Below, piece after piece: positions 55,117 through 64,000 of a stretch of DNA of 64,000 nt (positions within the stretch are counted from its first letter, which is position 1; every line of letters begins with the position of its first letter). The translations under genes were made by a program, and so were the position numbers. The stretch is taken from positions 31,545 to 95,544 of the forward strand of contig CAQFKO010000001.1 in NCBI GenBank assembly GCA_948787875.1. The letters run 5' to 3'. The notes under the pieces are model-generated. The model did not search any database and had not been told where the DNA came from. It saw only the letters and a program-made list of their open reading frames with translations. The stretch is from an uncultured Eubacteriales bacterium. GTDB taxonomy: Bacteria; Bacillota; Clostridia; Christensenellales; UBA1242.

Positions 55117-55348
55117 GTTGAAAAAGAAGAGTAACTTGAACAATTTTCCTAAGAGAGGTTTCGGTTGGTGCAAGAAACTGAAAACTTCAAGCGAAGGCAC
55201 TTTGGAGCAATACAAAAAATAAAGTGAGTATTTTTTAATACTAATAAGGGTGGAACCACGGGTCTAATCTCTCGCCCCTTAGCAATAGTTAAATAGATTT
55301 TATTTATCTTTTTGCTAGCGGCGCGCAAAAGATTAGGCTTTTTGTTTT
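55117..55348 (+). promoter_or_regulatory. T-box riboswitch leader, glycine (GGC) specifier
   Basis: Stem I motifs GAAGAGTA and AGAGAGG..GGTGCAAG. Specifier loop GCGAA-GGC-AC with GGC at 55196-55198. T-box core AATAAGGGTGGAACCACGGG at 55243-55262. Terminator arms at 55262-55270 and 55330-55338, followed by TTTTTGTTTT. Confidence 0.85.
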
Positions 55349-55386
55349 AGCTTAAAAACAAAATAAATTTTAGGAGAAAAATTATT

Positions 55387-56766
55387 ATGGAAGAAAACAA
55401 ACTTACTATGGACAAACTTGTGTCACACTGCAAAAACACAGGTATTGTCTACCCCGGCTCCGACATCTATGACGGACTTGCAAATACTTGGGATTATGGT
55501 CCTGTTGGTGTGGAACTTAAAAACAACATAAAAAAACTTTGGTGGAAACGCTTTGTTCAAGAATCTGAAAATTCTTTTGGTGTTGACGCCGCAATAATGA
55601 TGAACCCAAGAGTTTGGGAAGCCTCAGGGCATGTTGCTTCGTTTACCGATCCAAAAATGGATTGCAAAAATTGCAGAGCAAGAATGAGAGCCGACAACCT
55701 TATTGAACAACATTCAAAAGGCACTGTTGATGTTGATGCAATGACAAACGACGAAATGCAAGCTTATATTGACGAACACCATGTAAACTGCCCTGTTTGC
55801 GGAAACTTTAATTGGACACCTATTCGCCAATTCCATCTTATGTTTGAAACATCAAGAGGACTTGCAGGTGACGAAAAAGACATAATATATCTTAGACCCG
55901 AAACCGCCCAAGGCGAATTTGTTAACTTTTTAAATGTTCAAAGAACAACCCGTGCAAAAGTTCCTTTTGGAATCGGTCAAATAGGAAAAGCTTTCAGAAA
56001 TGAAATCACTCCGGGAAACTTTACTTTCAGAACAATTGAATTTGAACAAATGGAACATCAAATGTTTTGCAAAAACGAAGAACAAGGCTTTAAATATTAT
56101 GCAGAATACAAAGAAATGGCAATGCAATTTTTAATCGACCTTGGTTTTAACAAAGAGCACTTAGATTTTAAAGATCATGAAAAACTTGCGTTTTATGCAA
56201 AAGCTGCTTGCGATATTATTTTTAAATATCCTTTTGGCTGGAACGAACTTAATGGAATTCACTATCGCACAGACTATGACCTTGCCCGTCATCAAGAATT
56301 TTCAGGCAAAAATATGTATTATCTTGACCCTGTAACCAACGAAAAATATATTCCTCATGATGTTGAATATTCAATTGGTGCAGACAGACTTACACTTGCA
56401 ATGCTTTGTGAAGCATATAGCGAAGAAACCTTAGAAGGCGGAGACACAAGAGTTGTTATGCATTTCCACCCCGCAGTTGCTCCATATAAGGTTGCGGTTC
56501 TTCCTCTTCAAAAGAACTTGTCAGAAAAAGCTCGTGAGGTTTATAAAAAGCTTTCAAAACACTTTATGTGCACCTTTGACGAAGCCGGCTCTATTGGAAA
56601 AAGATATCGCCGTCAAGACCAAATCGGAACTCCATATTGCGTAACAATTGATTTTGACACGCTGGAAAACAACACAGTTACCCTTCGTGACCGCGACACA
56701 ATGGAACAAATAAGGCTTGATATAAACGAACTCGAAACTTATGTTAACAGCAAACTCGCATTTTAA
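55387..56766 (+). CDS. glyQS: glycine--tRNA ligase (homodimeric class II)
   Basis: MDKLVSHCKNTGIVYPGSDIYDGLANTWDYGPVG, FRNEITPGNFTFRTIEFEQME and GADRL motifs. 459 aa. Confidence 0.95.
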   Translation: MEENKLTMDKLVSHCKNTGIVYPGSDIYDGLANTWDYGPVGVELKNNIKKLWWKRFVQESENSFGVDAAIMMNPRVWEASGHVASFTDPKMDCKNCRARMRADNLIEQHSKGTVDVDAMTNDEMQAYIDEHHVNCPVCGNFNWTPIRQFHLMFETSRGLAGDEKDIIYLRPETAQGEFVNFLNVQRTTRAKVPFGIGQIGKAFRNEITPGNFTFRTIEFEQMEHQMFCKNEEQGFKYYAEYKEMAMQFLIDLGFNKEHLDFKDHEKLAFYAKAACDIIFKYPFGWNELNGIHYRTDYDLARHQEFSGKNMYYLDPVTNEKYIPHDVEYSIGADRLTLAMLCEAYSEETLEGGDTRVVMHFHPAVAPYKVAVLPLQKNLSEKAREVYKKLSKHFMCTFDEAGSIGKRYRRQDQIGTPYCVTIDFDTLENNTVTLRDRDTMEQIRLDINELETYVNSKLAF

Positions 56767-56775
56767 AAAACAAAA

Positions 56776-56795
56776 AACCGCCCTATTAGGCGGTT
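56776..56795. terminator. bidirectional terminator between convergent genes
   Basis: AACCGCC-ctatta-GGCGGTT flanked by an A-run and a T-run. Confidence 0.8.
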
Positions 56796-56798
56796 TTT

Positions 56799-58397
56799 TT
56801 ATTGTGAATATTTTGAGCGTTCAAACATTGCTTTGGAAAATGGATTGGTGGCATTTTGAGATATTTCCCAATATGCATCTGCATATATAATTGATTGTTT
56901 TAATTTTTTATTAGCGCTTTTCTTCGCTCTGTCTAATTTCATTCCCTTAGAAAGCAAAACATTGGTAACTGCCTTGCTATAAGCCTCAAAACTAGGGCAC
57001 TTAAAACAATTTTCTCTTATATATTTAAGTTTATCAAAATTGTCGTCTAAGGTTTTTTCATCAATTATTGTTGCTAAAATATGAAGTTTATTAAAATCGC
57101 TTTCTATATCCAAATTTTTCACAACACTTAAAACATTGGATTCAAAGCTTTGATACTTTTCCGAAAAATCTTTTTGCAAAACATAAATAGCACTTTCTAA
57201 ATTTTCGTAAGCAAGATCAGGATCAATGCTTCCCGAAATATCATAATCTCCACAAAAACTGTTTATCAAGCACTCTGCAACAAAGTTGTATGCTTCTGAC
57301 TTAGATTTAAATTTTGGTAAAGACTCTTCTTCAAGCAACCCGCTTTTTACTACTTGCCTAACATCTTGCCAAGTGTTTTTTAATAAATCGCAAAGCTCAA
57401 AATCAAAATCTCCGTTTGTTAAATGCTCTTTTGCAAATTTGGCAACATTCGGCTGTTCGGAAATTAAAACTTTATCATTGTTAATTCCAACACTTTGCAG
57501 AAACTTAAAGCAAGCATATTTTTCGTCTTTGTCTTCAACAAAATTAAGCTTTTTGTTTTTAACAAATATTTCTTTTAAATCAATATATGGCAACGCCGAA
57601 TGGCAAAGAGTTTTTGGTTGCTCAAAACTTTTAAAACTGTCCCAACAAGCATCTGCCATAAAAAATCCGTCAATATTATATTTTGGGTCGTTCAAATAAA
57701 CCATACAATTTTGGTGATTGCTTTCACCATATTTATAATCTTTTTCATTTCCCTTAAAGAGTGATTGAGGCTTGCAAGGAATGCCTATTCTGTTGCAAAG
57801 TTCTGACAAAAGTTGAGCATAACCAACGCAAACAATATTATTGCCCGTAAGAATTCTTGACAAATCTCTTGACTCATTTAAGTCTTCCGATTCATTATAT
57901 TTAAACTCAGAAACTATCATATATGCATAAAGATATTTTTCAAACGAACTAAGCGGATTTCCGTCAGTTCCCTTTGCGTTTAAAATTTCTTCCACCCAAG
58001 CATTTATCTTTGAACTTGCTTCTAGCGCTCTTGTAAACGGAATTTTATTTCTGTGCATTTCGCCCACTTCATAAAGATTGTCTGACAAAAACATATTGCA
58101 ACCATAAGACAAACATACCTTAAAATTCTCTTTCAAAATTGCAGTTTCATTATTATCAAAAACATCACTGTTTTTATTTAAACGCGAATTAATTTCGTCT
58201 TCTAAATATATTAAAATATCACAGCCTTCAAAGTCTTTGCAAATTTTTTCAAAAGCCGATTTGTCACTAAGCACTTGCTCTCTTAACAAAACGATTTGAG
58301 GATTTTTTATACCACTTATTTGCTTTTTTGCGAGGTTCAATTCACTTTCGGAATAGTCAAAATTTTCAATAACAACAATGTCTTGATAAGTATACAT
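56799..58397 (-). CDS. hypothetical protein with transglutaminase-like Cys-His-Asp core
   Basis: NIVCVGYAQLLSELCNRIGIPC ...(38 aa from C to H)... NHQNCMVYL ...(21 aa from H to D)... FFMADACWD matches the TGc pattern GxCxx[FY]A...GIP...HxWxxVY...D. GGAGGA SD. Confidence 0.5.
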   Translation of the reverse strand: MYTYQDIVVIENFDYSESELNLAKKQISGIKNPQIVLLREQVLSDKSAFEKICKDFEGCDILIYLEDEINSRLNKNSDVFDNNETAILKENFKVCLSYGCNMFLSDNLYEVGEMHRNKIPFTRALEASSKINAWVEEILNAKGTDGNPLSSFEKYLYAYMIVSEFKYNESEDLNESRDLSRILTGNNIVCVGYAQLLSELCNRIGIPCKPQSLFKGNEKDYKYGESNHQNCMVYLNDPKYNIDGFFMADACWDSFKSFEQPKTLCHSALPYIDLKEIFVKNKKLNFVEDKDEKYACFKFLQSVGINNDKVLISEQPNVAKFAKEHLTNGDFDFELCDLLKNTWQDVRQVVKSGLLEEESLPKFKSKSEAYNFVAECLINSFCGDYDISGSIDPDLAYENLESAIYVLQKDFSEKYQSFESNVLSVVKNLDIESDFNKLHILATIIDEKTLDDNFDKLKYIRENCFKCPSFEAYSKAVTNVLLSKGMKLDRAKKSANKKLKQSIIYADAYWEISQNATNPFSKAMFERSKYSQ

Positions 58398-58487
58398 TTT
58401 TGTTCCTCCACATATTTAATTATATCAAAACAACAATAAAATTTCAATAGTTATAAAAAATTTAAAATAACTTTTTTAAAATAAAAA

Positions 58488-58528
58488 ATCACACATAAAT
58501 CCTTAAAATTTGGGGTATTATGTGTGAT
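58488..58528 (-). terminator. terminator with 11-bp stem and 19-nt loop
   Basis: ATCACACATAA (58488-58498) / TTATGTGTGAT (58518-58528), followed on the minus strand by TTTTTATTTT. Confidence 0.6.
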
Positions 58529-58534
58529 ATAACA

Positions 58535-59371
58535 CTAAGAAATTGACTCATTGTAAATCTTTATGGCGTCTTCATAATTTTGTTTTGCATCTTTAAACTC
58601 AGCACTTTCGTTTTCATAAATATTAAGGTAAGTTAAATATAGTCCTCTGCAATTTCCGACAAGTGCATAACTATAAATTATTAAATCGTGCTTAGAAATA
58701 TTTTCAGACTTTACAATGCTTTGAAGTTTCGAAATCTTTGCTTCAACAGCATCAAAAATGTCATAGCCTTTTAGTGAATTTAATATGCTTAACTTTTTAT
58801 TATCGCTTATTTTTTTATCACCCAAAACAAGTTCAATAAAAGTAGAAAACGAATTTTCGGCAAGTTCTTTTTCTTCAACTTTTGGAAGAATAAATTTTAT
58901 TATAGCGCCACTTTCTATGCCAATATTATACATACATTTTACTTTTTGATTTATCAAATAACTGTTAACATTGCAACTGATTGCAATCAGACTTTTGTTG
59001 TTGTTTATTGCACTTAAACTTGCACTATCTGTTTTTTTGCAAAACTCATTATAGTCGTCTCTTGCAAAAAGCATGCTCAAATAAATCAGCTCGGATTCCA
59101 AATTATTTTGTTCGGATTCAAATATCACAAGGTTATATAAATTTGCAGCAGAGCTGTTTTTGTTATACTCTGTTATAAGGCAAGTTTCTTGGGCATTTTT
59201 CATATTCATTGAGCCAAAAAATTTTGCTGCGGTTTTTGGACTGATAAAAAACAATGACATTATTATAAAAAAGAATAAAACCACAAAACACAGCATTATA
59301 ATAAAAAATTTTTTAAGTGAACTCAGCCAAACATTTTTTAAGTCTAGTTCTTTTGTTTGTTTTTCTCTCAT
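58535..59371 (-). CDS. hypothetical membrane-anchored helical protein
   Basis: 278 aa with one N-terminal TM. The start overlaps the rpiB stop by 1 nt. No family recognised. Confidence 0.5.
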   Translation of the reverse strand: MREKQTKELDLKNVWLSSLKKFFIIMLCFVVLFFFIIMSLFFISPKTAAKFFGSMNMKNAQETCLITEYNKNSSAANLYNLVIFESEQNNLESELIYLSMLFARDDYNEFCKKTDSASLSAINNNKSLIAISCNVNSYLINQKVKCMYNIGIESGAIIKFILPKVEEKELAENSFSTFIELVLGDKKISDNKKLSILNSLKGYDIFDAVEAKISKLQSIVKSENISKHDLIIYSYALVGNCRGLYLTYLNIYENESAEFKDAKQNYEDAIKIYNESIS

Positions 59372-59850
59372 TAGTTTTCCTTTTCAATATCTTTTATTTG
59401 GTTAACTCTCCTTTCATGTCTTCCACCGGCAAATTCGGTTGAAAGAAAAGTTAAAACAATTCTTGCCATCTTGCGTCTGCAAAAAGGCTTTATTTCTCTT
59501 ATTCCGTCTTCAACGCCAACACCAAAACAAAGAGCATTTGCATTTTCGTGACTGCGAGCAAAATAAGCCTCTTCCTCGCTATGTGCAACCAGCCCCCTAA
59601 AACCGTCAAACTTATTTATAACCATGTTCATTCCGACTCCGGAACCGCACAAAAGTATTATGCCATCTGCCCCAACTTTTTTATATTCTTCTTTGGCTCT
59701 TTTTACCAAAAGCGGATAATCGTTTGCGACATTTTCCTCTTCACTTACAACAAAACTTTGAACAGAAGCCTCGTTTAAAACTTGTTTTATTTTTTCAATA
59801 TATTTAACATTAACACGATGGTCATAAACTATAACAATTTTATTAAACAT
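59371..59850 (-). CDS. rpiB: ribose-5-phosphate isomerase B
   Basis: ILLCGSGVGMNMVINKFDGFRG ... FAGGRHERRV (RpiB/LacAB family). AAGGAG SD. Confidence 0.9.
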   Translation of the reverse strand: MFNKIVIVYDHRVNVKYIEKIKQVLNEASVQSFVVSEEENVANDYPLLVKRAKEEYKKVGADGIILLCGSGVGMNMVINKFDGFRGLVAHSEEEAYFARSHENANALCFGVGVEDGIREIKPFCRRKMARIVLTFLSTEFAGGRHERRVNQIKDIEKEN

Positions 59851-59927
59851 AATTTTGCATACTCCTTCTTATATTTTAAGTTTATAATTAAAATCAAAAT
59901 ATGTCAACAAAACAAAAAGAAGTATTG

Positions 59928-60113
59928 CTACTTCTTTCTATGTTTAGAGCCATTTAATTGTTGTTTTAACGAAATAATTTCGCGTTTAAGAGAATCCATA
60001 TCCTTCTCTTGAAGAGAAATTATTCTGTCTTTTTCGTACATAATTTCACGAATAGACTCTTTGTTTTCTTCCCTTAATGCAGAAATAACATCATCGTCAT
60101 CAAAACCTATCAT
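59928..60113 (-). CDS. small acidic coiled-coil protein
   Basis: 61 aa with an AGGAG SD 7 nt upstream and a terminator hairpin AGAAGTA/TACTTCT at its 3' end. Heptad-like sequence. Confidence 0.45.
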   Translation of the reverse strand: MIGFDDDDVISALREENKESIREIMYEKDRIISLQEKDMDSLKREIISLKQQLNGSKHRKK

Positions 60114-60175
60114 AAATTGCTCCTACTACTATAATGTGCAGATTTCGACAATTTATTCAAAGTTTTTACAGTTTT

Positions 60176-60778
60176 TTACGATTGAGACGGTTGAGAATTA
60201 GGAATCTTAATATTAAATCCCTCCGGAGTAAGCAGAAAAATATTATTATCAACATGCCTGATATTTCCGTTTAATGCATAGACAGCACCGCTTGCGCAGT
60301 CTAAAAGTCTTTGACTGTCGCCCTCGTTCATGCTGTTAAGATTAAGCATAACGGATTCGCCTTCTTTTAAAAAGTTAATAACATATTGCACATCTTCAAA
60401 CCTTGTTGGATACAAAAACTCAACATTTTTTGTTCCGTATCCACCAACATTGGTTGAATTTGTTCCATAATTATTAACAGGTGCATCATAGGTTCTTGAT
60501 GTATTGTATTGGTCAGGATTTTCCAAATAAGAATTCATTGTGCTTTGAGGCTTTTGTGGTTTTTGTTCCACATCTTTTTCTTGTTTTAAAGAATATTTTC
60601 GGGCAATTCTGTCTGCCTTTTCTTGTGCTTTTCTTGCCTTTTGCTCGTCTTTTATGCGTTTACGCTCAAATGCAGCCTCTTGTTTTTCTTGCCTAATCTT
60701 TTCTTTTTCAATGGTGTCGTCATAAACTTGTTCGTTTTCAAAACCAACACCTTTCATAAGCCAATTCATAAATCCCAT
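60176..60778 (-). CDS. sepF: cell division protein SepF
   Basis: N-terminal amphipathic MGFMNWLMKGVGF, a Lys/Glu-rich linker and a C-terminal domain YPTRFEDVQYVINFLKEGESVMLNL...RLLDCASGAVYALNGNI. Confidence 0.85.
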   Translation of the reverse strand: MGFMNWLMKGVGFENEQVYDDTIEKEKIRQEKQEAAFERKRIKDEQKARKAQEKADRIARKYSLKQEKDVEQKPQKPQSTMNSYLENPDQYNTSRTYDAPVNNYGTNSTNVGGYGTKNVEFLYPTRFEDVQYVINFLKEGESVMLNLNSMNEGDSQRLLDCASGAVYALNGNIRHVDNNIFLLTPEGFNIKIPNSQPSQS

Positions 60779-60847
60779 AAGCTCACGCTCCTTAGTATCA
60801 TAATCATAACATATTTTACCAAAAACGACAATTATTTTAAAGGCATT

Positions 60848-61597
60848 TTATAAATTATCAATCAAATTGCACCAAGAGAGCGACAAATTTACTGTGAGCT
60901 GAGCCAAAACAGCCTGCTTTTTGTTGCTATTAAAGAACTCATCAAAGAAATTGGATAAAAATTTTTCTGCAAGGCTTAAATTGCTCAATACTTTTTTGCC
61001 AAGCTCATCACTATTTTTGCTGTTTTCTTTAATAAGTTCTGCAATTTCAAGCTTTTTTGCCATAATTTCACTGCAAAGCCCTGACTCAGACAAACTCCCC
61101 GCTATATATTTCATAGAATTAGCTTGAAGCTCAATTAAAAATTTGCTAAAAAATCTGAAACAAGCATAAACATTTTCATTGGATTTCACTGCTCTTTTTT
61201 GTGCTTTTGACAAACTTTCGGTCACTGTTATTATTCCGCAATTAGGAAAGCTTTTATTTATATTTTCTTTAATTTCTTCTGCCTCTTCACTAGAAAAATA
61301 AACATTTGCTATCAAATAATAGCGATTATCATGAAGCATCAATACTCCGCTTCCACCAAGCTTTTTTATCAACTCTTGCTCATCAGAAAGCGGGTCTTTT
61401 TTTAAGTTGAAATTTGTGTAAACAAAATAAAATTTTTTTTCACCCAAAAAACTGTCTGATTTTGGCTTAAATGCAAATGCCAAACTTACTGCAACAATAA
61501 CGGCAACAAAAACAAAAGACAACAAAAAGCCAATAGCACGCTTTCCTTGCCTCTTTCTGCTTTTTCTCAAAAAATAATATGGCACACTTTCTTGCAA
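60848..61597 (-). CDS. membrane-anchored protein with possible SPOR-like domain
   Basis: Basic N-terminus plus a TM. FYFVYTNFNLKK...YYLIANVYFSSEEAEEIKENI resembles the SPOR beta-alpha-beta pattern. TTG start, uncertain. Confidence 0.4.
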   Translation of the reverse strand: MQESVPYYFLRKSRKRQGKRAIGFLLSFVFVAVIVAVSLAFAFKPKSDSFLGEKKFYFVYTNFNLKKDPLSDEQELIKKLGGSGVLMLHDNRYYLIANVYFSSEEAEEIKENINKSFPNCGIITVTESLSKAQKRAVKSNENVYACFRFFSKFLIELQANSMKYIAGSLSESGLCSEIMAKKLEIAELIKENSKNSDELGKKVLSNLSLAEKFLSNFFDEFFNSNKKQAVLAQLTVNLSLSWCNLIDNL

Positions 61598-61734
61598 TTT
61601 AAAATATCCTACCTTATTATAAAATCATAAGCACCTACAATAATTTATGCGACAAGTTCTGCCTTAATTCAAAAAAATATTAAGGTTTAAATAATATTAT
61701 TGTTACATATAATTTAGATGCAAAGGAGTTATAT

Positions 61735-62025
61735 ATGAATTTTAAACCATTGTTCGACAGAGTTGTTTTGAAAAATTTGGAAAAAATAAACAAAACAAAA
61801 TCAGGGCTTATTATTCCCGAAAGTGTGGGAGACGAGCCACTTTATGCAAAAGTTGTTGCTATTGGCACGGGCGATAACTTTGACGGAAACAAGTCCGAAA
61901 TGGCTGTTTCTGTGGGCGACCATGTGCTTTACAACAAATACGGAGCAACTGCCTTTAAATGTGACGACGAAGAATATGTTATACTTCGTCAAAGTGACAT
62001 TTTGGGCGTTTTTGATAAAGATTAA
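61735..62025 (+). CDS. groES: co-chaperonin GroES
   Basis: FKPLFDRVVLK...SGLIIPE... 96 aa. AAGGAG SD. Confidence 0.95.
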   Translation: MNFKPLFDRVVLKNLEKINKTKSGLIIPESVGDEPLYAKVVAIGTGDNFDGNKSEMAVSVGDHVLYNKYGATAFKCDDEEYVILRQSDILGVFDKD

Positions 62026-62033
62026 CATTTTAG

Positions 62034-63655
<1,622 letters not shown>

Positions 63656-63658
<3 letters not shown>

Positions 63659-64000
63659 TTTGTCATCAACGATATTTTTAAAAGACAAAAAGTGTTTATC
63701 AAAATCCAATTTTTTTTGCATTGAAGACGAAAATGATTTGTTGTTTTGATTTTTCTGAATTTTTGGTTTAACGATAACTCCCGCTTCAAGCCTTTCAATT
63801 TCAGATAAATTATTTTTATTATTTTCTTCTTTTACCTCGGTTTTATTAACAAAGGTCAAATCGTCTTCACCCGAATCAGACATAATATCTGCCATAATAT
63901 CTTTAAGTGAAATATTTGGATTTAGCGCTTCGTTAAAGTCAAAAAGGCTGTCTTCCGTTTGAGGAATAACGCTTGCCGAATTTGAGCCGACTTCCGAAGG
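63656..64000 (-). CDS. hypothetical protein, C-terminal fragment running off the window end
   Basis: My translation of the same frame upstream of the track ORF (63656..63895) shows no stop codon up to position 64000 (PSEVGSNSASVIPQTEDSLFDFNEALNPNISLKDIMADIMSDS...). Acidic, low complexity. Confidence 0.5.

Overview
This 64-kb window is low-GC and gene-dense, and looks like a Firmicutes/Clostridia-type chromosome using the standard genetic code. Most of it is conserved housekeeping sequence. Recognisable genes are pyk, mfd, pth, tadA, clpB, a COG0523 metallochaperone, an rsmF-like methyltransferase, typA, serS, hup, addA/addB (RexB type), a MacB-type ABC pair with a TetR regulator, T-box-controlled glyQS, rpiB, sepF and groES-groEL. 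Interspersed are envelope and surface proteins (GLUG-motif, Ig-like, InlB B-repeat, a PrsA-like lipoprotein), several peptidases (M23, M14, M1, CPBP), one tRNA-Gly(CCC) and about a dozen proteins I cannot assign to a family. ORF-track coordinates include the stop codon, and TTG/GTG starts are shown as M. I corrected several starts from promoter and SD evidence (GLUG protein, PrsA-like, clpB, COG0523, serS, addA, ART-like protein). I saw no CRISPR array, transposase, integrase, rRNA or recognisable defence system, so no complete novel system can be claimed. The observations most worth a second look are: (1) a split 16-bp inverted repeat bracketing a consensus promoter upstream of the GLUG surface-protein gene, which could be an inverton or a structured leader; (2) a near-perfect CIRCE operator fused to the clpB promoter, while groESL has none; (3) a divergent XRE/Cys-rich small-gene switch with TAAGAAA operators and a T15 tract, in a small tRNA-adjacent islet; (4) at least five genes with -10/N6-7/ATG geometry, implying leaderless mRNAs; (5) a leaderless protein with ADP-ribosyltransferase-like motif order; (6) a transglutaminase-like core protein; (7) a membrane protein with an acidic disordered region and an AT-hook, coupled to a DUF1858 gene; (8) a GlmU-derived protein with degenerate motifs. 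All functional calls rest on motif recognition by eye, and none was checked by database search.
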